This document shows, in pieces, positions 18,339 to 28,398 of a DNA stretch of 64,000 bases (position 1 is the stretch's first letter; every line of letters starts with the position of its first letter). The position numbers and the translations under genes were made by a program. The DNA is from Candidatus Allochristensenella caecavium (GTDB lineage Bacteria > Bacillota > Clostridia > Christensenellales > QAND01), in assembly GCA_904397865.1 (NCBI GenBank), contig CAJFOS010000013.1, positions 1 to 64,000 of the forward strand. The letters are read 5' to 3'. Under the pieces are notes generated by a model that made no database searches, was not told where the DNA came from, and was given only the letters and a program-made list of their open reading frames with translations.

Positions 18339-20741
18339 TTAACGTTTACGCGTGCGGCGCGGAATATCCAAATCGTCCTCCTCCAAAGAACGGGAACGAC
18401 GACGCGGCACATCATCTTCTTCCCAATCGCGTGCGGTTTCACGGCGGGCTACGGGACGCCGTACAGCCTCCTCTTCATGCATGGTACGCCGGCTGATACG
18501 GCGCGCCGGCACGGGCGCGGTATCGTCCAAATCCGCCACGGTCATCCGCCGGCGCGTACGCGGCACATCTTCTTCCCAATCCGTCACGGGACGGCGTGTA
18601 CTGCTGCGGCGTGAAACAGGCGTATCCTCCTCCAAATCAGCTACGGTTGCGCGGCGCCGTGAAGGCCGGTTTTCTTCTGGAGAATCCGGTGCCGTGCGCC
18701 GGCTGGAACGACGGGAGGAGACCGATGGTTCGTCATCCAAATCCGCCACCGTCCGGCGCCGTGCCCGCGGTTCATTGGAGGCATCTGATGATTTACGGTT
18801 CGAATCTGTTGGACGAACGGGCGCAAACATTTGCGTCTCCTCGGCATTTTCCGAAGGGTTCAACGGCGTGCGATGCCCTTCCTCATCGAGCGTATACACC
18901 TTGCGGCGCGAGGAAGCGTCGGCGGCGACTGCACCGGCAAACAGGCCGGCTGCAGCGGCTTGGGTTCCCATGTGTTCCTGGGAATTCGACGCGCGCAAGT
19001 CCTCGTTATAAGGCGTGTTGGATTTGGGTAGAGAAGTCACGGAAGCATCATCCGCGTCCACCGGCGGCCGCCGACGGACCGGACGTACATTTTCATCAGA
19101 CGTCCGGCGTTCCTTGTTACGGGAAGCGGAATCCGGCTCATGCGGGAGGGCACGGTCACGGCTGTTGCGCACGCCGCTGGACGGGCCTTTGCCATCCGGG
19201 CCTTTACCGCCTGGTCCTTTTCCGTTGGGGCCCTTTCCTTTTGGGCCTTTTCCGTTTTTTGCCCGTTTTTCCTGAATCATCAAAACGGTGAGCGCTACAC
19301 CGGCGAGAATAATCAATACGACGATGATAATCATCCAGACGAACAACGAGCCAAGCTGCCCGGAATCTGCCGGATTGATGACATCCGGGGTCGGCGTGGC
19401 CGAATCCGTCAGCGCCACAGTGGGAGCCACATTGGTTTGCGTACTGCCGTCTTCTCCGGTACCGGAAACTTCAAAGACATAGCTGGAAGCCGAGGTGACC
19501 ACCGCTTCCTTGGTAACGGTTTTGCTTTCGCCCGCTTTCAGGGTGTCAATTGTAGCGATGGTTCCCAAACGCGATTCACTGACCACGACGTTGGTCAAGT
19601 CCGTTGCGCCGGAGTTTTTTACTTCAATCGTAAAGACAACGTTGCCGGGGAAGGTCATTTCCGTTGGGGAAGCGGATGCAGTAATGGACAGGTATGAAGA
19701 AGTGCCCGGAGCCGGCGTAGAAAAGCCGGATACATGGACATAGATAGCATCGCTGGACACGGATTTCGTATCATCGCCCGACTTAAACGTAGCGGTAAAG
19801 ACCGCGTTGCGCGGCTGATTGACGACGGTTTCATAGGTGATGGATTTCATCTGCGGGTTGTCGTCCGAGCCGGCCGGTACATCGATGGAGGAACGAACGA
19901 CATTGCCTTGTTCGTCTACCACCTTGATATCATTGACCGCCACCTTGCCTGCATTGCGCAGGGCAATGGTGAAGGTGACCTTATCACCAGCCTCTACAGT
20001 GGACTTATCCGCGATGGCGGAAATGGAAAGGGAAGGATTGCTGACCGTAATCCTTTCGCTGTCCAGGTTTTTGGTATATGTTTTGCCATTTGCTGTATAG
20101 GACAGTTTGGGCGTGGAGGTAACGGATTTATCGACCGTAATGGTTTTGCTGTATTGTTTGGATGAACCGGCCGTGATGGTCACGCCGGAAGCAATCGCAT
20201 CGCTGCCGACGGCGGCATCGGTCAGTTTGACGTCGGTGATGTCGGCGGTGCCGGTGTTTTTGATGTTATAGGTCAGTTTTACGCTGGAGCCGGGCGCCAC
20301 AGTGGTCTTGCTCAACGTGCGGGTGAATGAAACGCTGACCGTCTCCGCCTTCTTATTGACGCGGAAGGTGGTGGTTGCCGTCCCCGCGTTGGTATCGGCG
20401 GTCAGCGTAACGCTATTGCCGACATCAGCTGCAGCAAAGGGTACCCCGGTCAGTGAAAACGTACGCGAACTGCCTACAGCAATTGTTATATTTTCAAATA
20501 GTTTGCTGTAGTCCGCATTATTGCTGAATGTAAATTTAACACTGGTGATTTCTGTATCCGAATTGTTTTTGACTGTGGCTTTCACCGTGGCATTTCCACC
20601 ACCAGCAGGAACGGTCACATCCTCCGCCGTGACGGTCACGCCGGCGGCTTGCGCCGTGGGTGCCGGAGCCTGGAACACGGCTAGGCTCAGCAACATGCAA
20701 AACGCCAGGAACAGCGCAATACGAGATTGTCGTTTTTTCAT
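18339..20741 (-). CDS. Type I membrane protein: signal peptide, tandem DUF11/CARDB-like ectodomains, single TM, 311-aa Arg-rich repetitive cytoplasmic tail
   Basis: Signal peptide MKKRQSRIALFLAFCMLLSLAVFQAPAPTAQA after RBS AGGAGG. Repeated VxxGxxVTxTxxVKNxGxxxxTxVKxTD modules. TM LGSLFVWMIIIVVLIILAGVALTVLMI. Tail has GKGP x5 and three RRR-x-TVADL-[DE][DE] repeats. Confidence 0.8.
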   Translation of the reverse strand: MKKRQSRIALFLAFCMLLSLAVFQAPAPTAQAAGVTVTAEDVTVPAGGGNATVKATVKNNSDTEITSVKFTFSNNADYSKLFENITIAVGSSRTFSLTGVPFAAADVGNSVTLTADTNAGTATTTFRVNKKAETVSVSFTRTLSKTTVAPGSSVKLTYNIKNTGTADITDVKLTDAAVGSDAIASGVTITAGSSKQYSKTITVDKSVTSTPKLSYTANGKTYTKNLDSERITVSNPSLSISAIADKSTVEAGDKVTFTIALRNAGKVAVNDIKVVDEQGNVVRSSIDVPAGSDDNPQMKSITYETVVNQPRNAVFTATFKSGDDTKSVSSDAIYVHVSGFSTPAPGTSSYLSITASASPTEMTFPGNVVFTIEVKNSGATDLTNVVVSESRLGTIATIDTLKAGESKTVTKEAVVTSASSYVFEVSGTGEDGSTQTNVAPTVALTDSATPTPDVINPADSGQLGSLFVWMIIIVVLIILAGVALTVLMIQEKRAKNGKGPKGKGPNGKGPGGKGPDGKGPSSGVRNSRDRALPHEPDSASRNKERRTSDENVRPVRRRPPVDADDASVTSLPKSNTPYNEDLRASNSQEHMGTQAAAAGLFAGAVAADASSRRKVYTLDEEGHRTPLNPSENAEETQMFAPVRPTDSNRKSSDASNEPRARRRTVADLDDEPSVSSRRSSRRTAPDSPEENRPSRRRATVADLEEDTPVSRRSSTRRPVTDWEEDVPRTRRRMTVADLDDTAPVPARRISRRTMHEEEAVRRPVARRETARDWEEDDVPRRRSRSLEEDDLDIPRRTRKR

Positions 20742-20882
20742 TGGATTCCTCCTAACAGCAAAGAGCGCTGTGGGATTTTGCCGAATTTCGTTCGGCCATA
20801 AGAATAGGAAGAGGGCGCGTGCAAGCACCCCTTTTTCCATTATGTTCCGTTTTTGGCTTCCTCATACCAAACACGGACGGTT

Positions 20883-21947
20883 TTATAGCGAGAGCGTCCA
20901 GCCCATCGGGTCTTCTTGCGTGCCGAACTGGATACCCGTTAATGTATCGTAAATCTTCTGTGCGGCGGGGCCCATTTCGCCGCCGTTAATGGCGATTTCC
21001 TTTTCCCCCCAGACCAGCGCGCCCACCGGCGAAATAACGGCCGCCGTACCAGTGCCGAACACTTCTTCCAAGGTGCCGTTTGCATGCGCGTTGAACACGT
21101 CTTCGATGGTCAGCCGCTCCTCGCGGACGGGATAGCCGAGCGTCGGGGCGAGCTTGAGCACACTGTCACGCGTGATGCCGCCCAGGATGGAGCCCAGCAG
21201 GGGCGGGGTAATCAATTCCCCGTTTATCTTGAAGAAAATGTTCATGGAACCGACTTCTTCGATGTATTTACGCTCTACGCCGTCGAGCCAGAGCACCTGT
21301 GCGCAGCCGTGGTCCTGCGCGGCATGTTCGGCAATCAAACTGGCGGCATAGTTGCCTGCCGTTTTGGCGAAGCCCATTCCTCCGCGTACGCTGCGCACAT
21401 AATCATTTTCCACAAAGATGCGCACCGGTTTGAGGCCTTCGGCATAATATGCGCCGACAGGCGAGAGAATGATGAAAAATACATAGTGTTTAGCTACATG
21501 CACGCCCAGCGTCGCGTCCATAGCAATGGCCGTCGGACGAATGTACAGCGATGTACCGGGATTGTGCGGCACCCAGTCTTTTTCGATATCGACCAGCGTT
21601 TTCATGCATTCGAGCACAAAATCCGTATCAATCGGCGGGATACATAACCGTGCGGCGCTGCGATTAAAACGCTTAAGATTATCCATCGGACGGAACATCT
21701 GTACCGAACCGTCCGGTTTGCGATAAGCTTTGAGTCCTTCAAAAATCGATTGTCCATAATGGAGAACCATGGCGGACGGGTCCATTTGCAAAGGCGCGTA
21801 GGGAACGATGCGGGGGTCATGCCATCCCTGGCCCTCAGTATAGTCCATCATAAACATGTGGTCGGTGAAAATCTGCCCAAATCCGAGCTTGCTTTCATCG
21901 GTGGGTTTTGCCTTCGGTTGTTTCGTCCTTTCAATCGTAAGTTGCAT
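20883..21947 (-). CDS. ilvE: Branched-chain amino acid aminotransferase (class IV PLP)
   Basis: FTDHMF...YGQSIFEGLKAYR...EVGSMNIFF motifs. ATG at 21947 follows AGGGGG. Confidence 0.9.
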   Translation of the reverse strand: MQLTIERTKQPKAKPTDESKLGFGQIFTDHMFMMDYTEGQGWHDPRIVPYAPLQMDPSAMVLHYGQSIFEGLKAYRKPDGSVQMFRPMDNLKRFNRSAARLCIPPIDTDFVLECMKTLVDIEKDWVPHNPGTSLYIRPTAIAMDATLGVHVAKHYVFFIILSPVGAYYAEGLKPVRIFVENDYVRSVRGGMGFAKTAGNYAASLIAEHAAQDHGCAQVLWLDGVERKYIEEVGSMNIFFKINGELITPPLLGSILGGITRDSVLKLAPTLGYPVREERLTIEDVFNAHANGTLEEVFGTGTAAVISPVGALVWGEKEIAINGGEMGPAAQKIYDTLTGIQFGTQEDPMGWTLSL

Positions 21948-22010
21948 GCGAGATATACCCCCTGTTTGTTGTGCGTTTATTGTAGCTTTTCCATTTTGTG
22001 GTGTCAATTC

Positions 22011-22655
22011 TTATGCTCCACTTGGCGCAGGCCAAGCAACCAGTTCCTCGCCCAGCAGGCCAATTTCCACTTTACCGTCACAGAAATTCCGCAATTGGGT
22101 CTGAAAGTTTTCGGCGTGGGTTGTCTGTACCAGGACTGTGCAGCGAACATCAGCGGCAAAATCCGTTGTTTGCACCAGCACGTTCTGCAAGCCCAACCAA
22201 TGCTCCACCCGTCCCCATAACGGATAGGAACAGGCACACTGGATGCGCTGTGCCGGCGTCATGACGCTTATGCCCGCTGCATCCACTGCCGCGCCGGCTG
22301 CACCGGCATAAGCGCGCACCAGACCGCCGGCGCCCAGCAGCGTTCCGCCAAAATAACGGGTGACGATAACCAGCACATTGGTCAGGTCTTTCTTTTGCAG
22401 GACATCCAGCATTGGCATGCCTGCCGTCCCCTGTGGTTCGCCATCATCCGAAAAGCGTTTTTGTTCGCTATTTTCTCCGATAATATAGGCGTAACAATGA
22501 TGGCTGGCATCCCAGGATTGCTTGCGGACAGCCTCAAGGTGGACAAGCGCCTCATCCACCGTTTGTACAGGATATGCTGCACCGATAAAACGGCTTTTTT
22601 TGATAACATGTTCCACCGCCGCCCTCTGTGCGATGGTACGAAATCCCTTTTTCAT
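22011..22655 (-). CDS. yigZ: YigZ/IMPACT-family protein
   Basis: [42 protein letters not shown]0029 signature. Confidence 0.8.
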   Translation of the reverse strand: MKKGFRTIAQRAAVEHVIKKSRFIGAAYPVQTVDEALVHLEAVRKQSWDASHHCYAYIIGENSEQKRFSDDGEPQGTAGMPMLDVLQKKDLTNVLVIVTRYFGGTLLGAGGLVRAYAGAAGAAVDAAGISVMTPAQRIQCACSYPLWGRVEHWLGLQNVLVQTTDFAADVRCTVLVQTTHAENFQTQLRNFCDGKVEIGLLGEELVAWPAPSGA

Positions 22656-23878
22656 TCGCCCAAGAGAATGCGGTGATAGACCTTTTTGCCCTTGCGCAAA
22701 ACAATCCCCTTACGCAAGGCGGCCTCCTCCGGTTCCGCAGCAATATCGGTCACCTTCGCGTCATCGATGGTGACGCCGCCGCCTTCAATCAACCGCCGGG
22801 CTTCGCCTTTGCTTTTTGCTACGCCGGTCAGCGCCATCAGGTCGACGACCTTTGGATTCTCCGCCCATTGCACCGGAGTGAGCACCGTGGTGGGCATATG
22901 TTCCAGAGAGCCGCCGGCGCCGAACAGTGCTTCACTGGCTTCGGCCGCTTTCTGCGCATCTTCTTCGCTATGAACGAGTTTGGTGACCTCAAAAGCGAGT
23001 ACCTTTTTGGCTTCATTGATGGCGCTGTCCTTCAGCGCGCCCAACCTGCGCACCTCATCCATGGGCAGGTAGGTCAGCAATGCCAGACATTTCTCCACGC
23101 TTGCATCCTCGATATTGCGCCAGTACTGGTAGAATTCATACGGGCTTGTCCGCTGCGGGTCAAGCCAGAGCGCGCCTTTAACGGTTTTGCCCATCTTCAC
23201 TCCATCAGAAGTGGTCAGTAGCGAGAAAGTCATCGCAAAAGCGTCGGCATGGTCGACACGGCGAATCAAATCCGCGCCGGAAAGAATGTTGCTCCACTGG
23301 TCGTCGCCACCCAGCTGTAAGGTTGCGCCGTGTGTGCGGAACAGGTGCAAAAAGTCGTAGCTCTGCATGAGCATGTAGTTGAATTCGAAGAAGGTCAGCC
23401 CGCGTTCCAGACGGTTTTTATAGCATTCCGCGGCCAGCATACGGTTGACGGAAAAATGCACGCCGATTTCACGCAAAAACTGAATGTAATTCAAATCCAG
23501 CAGCCAGTCACCATTGTTGACGGCAATGGCGTCGGACGGCCCGTCTCCGAAGGTCAGGAATTTTTTCATCTGGCTGAGCATCGCCGCACCGTTGGCATCA
23601 ATCTGTTCGCGGGAAAGCATCTGGCGCATGTCCGTTTTGCCGGAAGGGTCGCCGACCATCGTCGTGCCGCCGCCGATAAGCACAATGGGCTTATGACCCG
23701 CACGCTGCATATGGCTCATGGCCATCAGCTGCAGGAAGTGACCGACATGCAGGCTGCCTGCCGTGGGGTCGTAACCGGTATAGAAGGTGACGTTTTTTTG
23801 CGCCAACACATCCCGGAGCTCCGGATGGCTTACCTGTTTGATAAAACCGCGTTCCATCAATACGTCATATACGTTCAT
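22652..23878 (-). CDS. tyrS: Tyrosine--tRNA ligase
   Basis: HVGHF (HIGH) and KMGKT (KMSKS) motifs. C-terminal S4 domain. Confidence 0.95.
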   Translation of the reverse strand: MNVYDVLMERGFIKQVSHPELRDVLAQKNVTFYTGYDPTAGSLHVGHFLQLMAMSHMQRAGHKPIVLIGGGTTMVGDPSGKTDMRQMLSREQIDANGAAMLSQMKKFLTFGDGPSDAIAVNNGDWLLDLNYIQFLREIGVHFSVNRMLAAECYKNRLERGLTFFEFNYMLMQSYDFLHLFRTHGATLQLGGDDQWSNILSGADLIRRVDHADAFAMTFSLLTTSDGVKMGKTVKGALWLDPQRTSPYEFYQYWRNIEDASVEKCLALLTYLPMDEVRRLGALKDSAINEAKKVLAFEVTKLVHSEEDAQKAAEASEALFGAGGSLEHMPTTVLTPVQWAENPKVVDLMALTGVAKSKGEARRLIEGGGVTIDDAKVTDIAAEPEEAALRKGIVLRKGKKVYHRILLGE

Positions 23879-23912
23879 CGTGTAAACTCCTCATCGTTTT
23901 TTGGGGATTGGT

Positions 23913-25094
23913 TTATTTTTGTTGCGCCTGCGTGAACACCTGGCCCAGCGTCCGCATGCCCGAGGCAATCTGTTCAACGGAACACATGGAGAAATTCAGC
24001 CGGAAAGTATGGTCATGCCCACCTTCGGGATAAAAATGCGTGCCTGGGACATAGGCCACTTTGTGGTCGACCGCGGTTTGCATCAGAGCAGTGGCGCTGA
24101 GGGAACCGGGCAGTTCACACCAGACGAACAGACCACCTTGCGGAGTGGTGTGCATTGTGCCCTGTGGGAAATGGACGAAACCGTCAAGCATGGTATGTAG
24201 TTTATCCCGATAAGCCGGGATAATTTCCGCGATATGCGGGAAATAACGGTCTTGGCGGATGTACGCATCAATCAACGCCTGGCTGAGGTTGCTGGTGTGG
24301 GTATCCATACCCTGCTTATTCACAGTCATTTTGCGCAGAATATCCGGTTTGCCAATGGCAGCCCCGACACGCAGCCCCGGCGAGACGGTCTTGGAGAAAC
24401 TGAGTAGATGGATGACGTGCCCGCTTGGGTCCAGCGAATATATGCTGGGTAAGTCCTCTCCAGCATAGCGCAGGCTTCCATAGGGGTCGTCTTCCAAGAC
24501 CATGGTGTCCGTCTGTGCGGCCAGTGTAGCCAGCTGCTGCCGCTTGGCAGGGCTCATGGTGATGCCCGTGGGATTCTGAAAGGTGGGGATGGTATAGATG
24601 AACTTGGGCCGATACTGCGCGATAGCCCGCTCCAGTGCGGCCATTTCCATCCCGTCCTCTTCCATGGGAATACCAACCACTTTGGCCTGGTAGGTGGCAA
24701 ACGTTTGCAACGCACCGAGGAACGTCGGCGTTTCACAGAGAATGACATCGCCTGGATTGATGGAGATTTTGGTGAACAATTCAATCCCCTGGCTGGAACC
24801 GGTGAGAATCAGAACTTCTTCCGGCGAGACGCGCATCCGGCGGGGTTTGACAACCTGGCAGATGGATTCCCGCAGCGGCGCCCAACCCTCCGTCGTCCCA
24901 TATTGCAGAATACGTGCGCCTTCTGATTGCAGAAGCGAGCAGGACAGCTCGGCCAGTTCTTCGGTGGGGAAGCTGTCTGCACTGGGGTTGCCGCCGGCAA
25001 AGGAAATGATGGCAGGGTCGACCATCAGTTTAAGAATTTCACGTATGGCGCTGCCGCTAATTCCATCCGTACGGGCAGCAAACGAAAAGGACAT
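23913..25094 (-). CDS. PLP-dependent aminotransferase, class I/II (aminoadipate/MocR-like fold, no HTH)
   Basis: ISFAGGNPSADSFP start, PLP-Lys region SFSKTVSPGLRVG, typical length 393 aa. Confidence 0.75.
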   Translation of the reverse strand: MSFSFAARTDGISGSAIREILKLMVDPAIISFAGGNPSADSFPTEELAELSCSLLQSEGARILQYGTTEGWAPLRESICQVVKPRRMRVSPEEVLILTGSSQGIELFTKISINPGDVILCETPTFLGALQTFATYQAKVVGIPMEEDGMEMAALERAIAQYRPKFIYTIPTFQNPTGITMSPAKRQQLATLAAQTDTMVLEDDPYGSLRYAGEDLPSIYSLDPSGHVIHLLSFSKTVSPGLRVGAAIGKPDILRKMTVNKQGMDTHTSNLSQALIDAYIRQDRYFPHIAEIIPAYRDKLHTMLDGFVHFPQGTMHTTPQGGLFVWCELPGSLSATALMQTAVDHKVAYVPGTHFYPEGGHDHTFRLNFSMCSVEQIASGMRTLGQVFTQAQQK

Positions 25095-25207
25095 CCAAAT
25101 TCCCCCAATCTATCTATTCTTTTTATTATACAACATCACCGGGGGAGGTCAACGGGCAAGGCGATATAAAAACTTGCATAAAACCCATAAAATCCGTGGG
25201 AAAATGC

Positions 25208-25235
25208 TTGTTCCCATCCGCGGTTGTGGTATAAT
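25208..25235 (+). promoter_or_regulatory. Sigma-70-type promoter for the NifU-like/GGGtGRT pair
   Basis: TTGTTC-16 nt-TGG TATAAT (extended -10) about 58 nt upstream of the ATG at 25294. Confidence 0.4.
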
Positions 25236-25293
25236 AAAGTGGTTTTTCAAGAAGAAACTATTTTTGTAAAAAAGGGTAAGGAGGAACATTCCA

Positions 25294-25985
25294 TGCAGTA
25301 TTCACACGAAGTGGAACAGATGGTTTGCGTGGCCAAAGGCCCCAAACACGGCCCTGCACCCATTCCTGAAGAGGGGAAATGGGTCAAAGCCAAAGAAATA
25401 AAGGACATCAGCGGCCTGACGCACGGCATTGGCTGGTGTGCACCGCAGCAGGGCGCCTGTAAATTGACATTGAACGTAAAAGAGGGAATCATCCAGGAGG
25501 CGTTGGTTGAAACGATTGGTTGCTCCGGGATGACGCACAGCGCCGCCATGGCGGGTGAAATTCTGGTGGGGAAAACGATTTTGGAAGCGCTGAACAGCGA
25601 CTTGGTTTGCGATGCAATCAACACCGCGATGCGCGAACTCTTTTTGCAAATCGTATATGGCCGCAGCCAGACTGCGTTCAGTGAAAACGGCCTGCCGATT
25701 GGCGCGGGACTGGAAGACCTGGGCAAAGGCCTGCGCAGCCAGGTAGGAACCATTTTCTCGACAAAAGAAAAAGGCGTCCGTTATCTGGATTTGGCAGAAG
25801 GCTACATCCTGCAGATGGGCCTGGATGAAAACGGAGAGACCATCGGATATAAATTCCTCAAGGTCGGCCCGTTCCTGGAAGAACTGAAAAAGGGCGGCGA
25901 CGCAAACGCGCTGATGGAAAAATACACTGCCGTCTATGGTCGCTTCAACGATGCGGTTCAATTCATTGACCCGCGTCACCAATAA
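25294..25985 (+). CDS. IscU/NifU-like Fe-S scaffold-domain protein
   Basis: GWCAPQQGACKLTLNVKEGIIQEALVETIGCSGMTHSAAMAGEILVGKTILEAL parallels the IscU GAPACGD...GCGSAIASSS...GKTL core, with the three Cys retained. RBS AAGGAGGA. Confidence 0.6.
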
Positions 25986-25999
25986 GGAGGGACAGTGCA

Positions 26000-26995
26000 A
26001 TGATTCGCTTTGAAGGATATGAACGCCGGATTGCCAAGATTGAAGCCGAGATGAAAAAATACGGCATCAACAGCTTGGAAGAGGCGAAAGAAATTTGTGA
26101 CCAGAAGGGTGTAGACGTGGACAGCATTGTCCGTGGCGTACAACCCATCTGCTTCGAAAATGCGGTATGGGCGTATACGCTGGGTGCAGCGATTGCAATT
26201 AAAAAAGGTTGCACCACGGCGGAAAAAGCGGCGGAAGCCATCGGCTTGGGTCTGCAGGCGTTCTGTGTGCCGGGTTCGGTAGCAGACCAGCGTAATGTAG
26301 GACTGGGGCATGGTAACCTGGCGGCGATGCTGCTGCGTGAAGAGACCAAATGCTTCTGTTTCCTGGCCGGGCACGAGTCCTTTGCGGCGGCCGAAGGTGC
26401 GATTGGCATTGCGCGTACGGCCAACAAGGTGCGTACGGAACCGTTGCGCGTCATCCTCAACGGCTTGGGCAAAGACGCGGCTTACATCATCAGCCGCATC
26501 AACGGCTTTACCTATGTGGATACGGAATACAACCAGGAGACGGGCGAGCTGACCATTAACTACGAAAAAGCATATTCCGATGGCGACCGTGGCAAGATTC
26601 GCTGCTATGGTGCGGATGATGTATCCGAAGGCGTAGCCATTATGCGCAAAGAAGGCGTGGATGTTTCCATCACGGGCAACTCCACCAATCCCACGCGCTT
26701 CCAGCATCCGGTAGCGGGCACCTATAAAAAATGGGCGACGGAGAATGGTGTAAAATATTTCTCCGTGGCTTCTGGTGGTGGCACGGGCCGTACGCTGCAC
26801 CCGGATAACATGGCGGCGGGTCCGGCTTCGTACGGCATGACCGATACCATGGGCCGCATGCATTCCGATGCGCAGTTCGCAGGTTCTTCCTCCGTTCCGG
26901 CGCACGTGGAAATGATGGGCCTCATTGGCATGGGCAACAACCCGATGGTTGGCGCGACGGTCGCAGTCGCCGTTGCGATTCAGGAAGCCAACTAA
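26000..26995 (+). CDS. GGGtGRT-family conserved hypothetical protein
   Basis: Contains the eponymous SGGGTGRTLHP motif. Several conserved Cys/His. 14 nt after the NifU-like gene, same strand. Confidence 0.6.
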   Translation: MIRFEGYERRIAKIEAEMKKYGINSLEEAKEICDQKGVDVDSIVRGVQPICFENAVWAYTLGAAIAIKKGCTTAEKAAEAIGLGLQAFCVPGSVADQRNVGLGHGNLAAMLLREETKCFCFLAGHESFAAAEGAIGIARTANKVRTEPLRVILNGLGKDAAYIISRINGFTYVDTEYNQETGELTINYEKAYSDGDRGKIRCYGADDVSEGVAIMRKEGVDVSITGNSTNPTRFQHPVAGTYKKWATENGVKYFSVASGGGTGRTLHPDNMAAGPASYGMTDTMGRMHSDAQFAGSSSVPAHVEMMGLIGMGNNPMVGATVAVAVAIQEAN

Positions 26996-27016
26996 TATAG
27001 TACAAAAGACAGGGGA

Positions 27017-27054
27017 AAACAGAGCATCGTTTGATGCTCTGTTTTTATTTTTTT
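27017..27054 (+). terminator. Rho-independent terminator
   Basis: aaaacagagcatcg-tttg-atgctctgttttt followed by a T-run. Confidence 0.7.
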
Positions 27055-27152
27055 GAAATAAAGAACCGAAAATACGGTTAAAAGATTGCTTATAGAAAAT
27101 ACTAGATTGTTATTTACAGTCAAATGACCGTATGATATAATCGTAAAAAGAG

Positions 27153-27728
27153 GTGGGAGAGATGAAAATGTTTTTGCCGGGCACTGTCCTGGAGATGAAA
27201 ACCAAAGGGCCGGACGAAGCGGCCATGATTTTAGGGCACATCTTTGCCGGCGGCGGGCTGGTGCTTTCACAGGTTTCCAATTTAAGCGGCGCTCCGTTGC
27301 ATACGATTCAAAACTGGGTAAAGCGGGGATTTTGCTCATCGCCGGTGGCTAAGAAATATTCCAAACGCCAGTTTTGCCGGCTGGTAATGATTAATGCGCT
27401 AAAAGACAGCCTGTCAATTCCACAGATTGTGCAGCTGATGTCCTCGCTCAACGGACATCTGGACGACGAAAGCGATGACATGATTGAGGATGACGTGTTG
27501 TATCTGTATTTTGTCCAGCTCATATTGCGGTTGGAGGATAGGAACGTATCGGAGCAGACGCTCTATCAGGGGATTGAGGAGGTGCTCGATGCATACCGGG
27601 AACCCTTTTCCGGCGCAAGAGAGCGGCTGGCCAAGGCGTTGCAGATTATGACCTATGCGTATTTTTCAGCCCATTTGCAAAAAATGGCGGTTACGCAGTT
27701 GGAGAGATTGAAACAGGAGGAAGTATGA
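27153..27728 (+). CDS. Hypothetical protein, DUF1836-like putative HTH
   Basis: TIQNWVKRGF...KKYSKRQFCRLVMINALKDSLSIPQI pattern. First gene of the NfeD-flotillin cluster. DUF assignment is from memory. Confidence 0.45.
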   Translation: MGEMKMFLPGTVLEMKTKGPDEAAMILGHIFAGGGLVLSQVSNLSGAPLHTIQNWVKRGFCSSPVAKKYSKRQFCRLVMINALKDSLSIPQIVQLMSSLNGHLDDESDDMIEDDVLYLYFVQLILRLEDRNVSEQTLYQGIEEVLDAYREPFSGARERLAKALQIMTYAYFSAHLQKMAVTQLERLKQEEV

Positions 27729-27729
27729 T

Positions 27730-28380
27730 ATGACAGCGTGGTGGGAAAGCCTGTCGATTCTTGAACAGGCGTTTGCTTGCATTGCAGTTCCTGCGACGAT
27801 TGTGTTGCTTATCCAGACCGTACTGCTGCTGATTGGCCTGGGCCATGATGGGCAAGCAGATATCGCTGTGGAAACGGATGTGGATGGCGATTTGGACCTG
27901 GATACGGCGAATGCCGGCGATGGTGTGTTTGGCGAATCCAATATGGAGGAATATGCCCATGATGTTAATGACCACGGGCTGCGTTTGTTTTCCGTTCGTA
28001 CAATCGTTGCATTCTTTACGGTGATGGGATGGACGGGGCTGGTCATTTCACGCGGCGGCGGAAGTCCGGCGTGGGCGATTGCGGGCGCGCTGCTAGCCGG
28101 CGTTGCGGCCATGTTCTTGATGGCAATAGCCATGCGTGCGTTTACAAAACTGCAGACGGATGGAAACATCGATATCCGCCATGCTATCGGAAAGGAAGCA
28201 ACCGTTTATTTGACGATTCCAGCCCAGCGCGGCGGAATGGGCAAGGTGCATATGGTGTTGCAGAATACGTATTCAGAATGGAATGCCGTGACGGATGAAC
28301 CGGAGCCACTCGTTTTTGACACGCCTGTTGTCGTGACAGCTATTGTGGGCGAAAGCACACTGGTTGTTGCGCGCAAATAA
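27730..28380 (+). CDS. NfeD-family membrane protein (YuaF-like)
   Basis: Two N-terminal TMs, acidic spacer, two more TMs, C-terminal OB-fold beta region (KEATVYLTIPAQRGGMGKVHMVLQN...VVVTAIVGESTLVV). Confidence 0.7.
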   Translation: MTAWWESLSILEQAFACIAVPATIVLLIQTVLLLIGLGHDGQADIAVETDVDGDLDLDTANAGDGVFGESNMEEYAHDVNDHGLRLFSVRTIVAFFTVMGWTGLVISRGGGSPAWAIAGALLAGVAAMFLMAIAMRAFTKLQTDGNIDIRHAIGKEATVYLTIPAQRGGMGKVHMVLQNTYSEWNAVTDEPEPLVFDTPVVVTAIVGESTLVVARK

Positions 28381-28398
28381 CCAAGAGGGGGAATCAAT

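Noticed and set aside
18352-19291. Plus-strand ORFs of 219 aa, 231 aa and 86 aa opposite the DUF11 protein tail
   Set aside because: Low-complexity Arg/Ser-rich translations of the reverse strand of the GKGP/TVADL repeat region. No RBS.
25302-26905. 232-aa and 309-aa minus-strand ORFs antisense to the NifU-like/GGGtGRT genes
   Set aside because: The plus-strand genes have RBS, promoter and terminator. The minus-strand frames lack start context.
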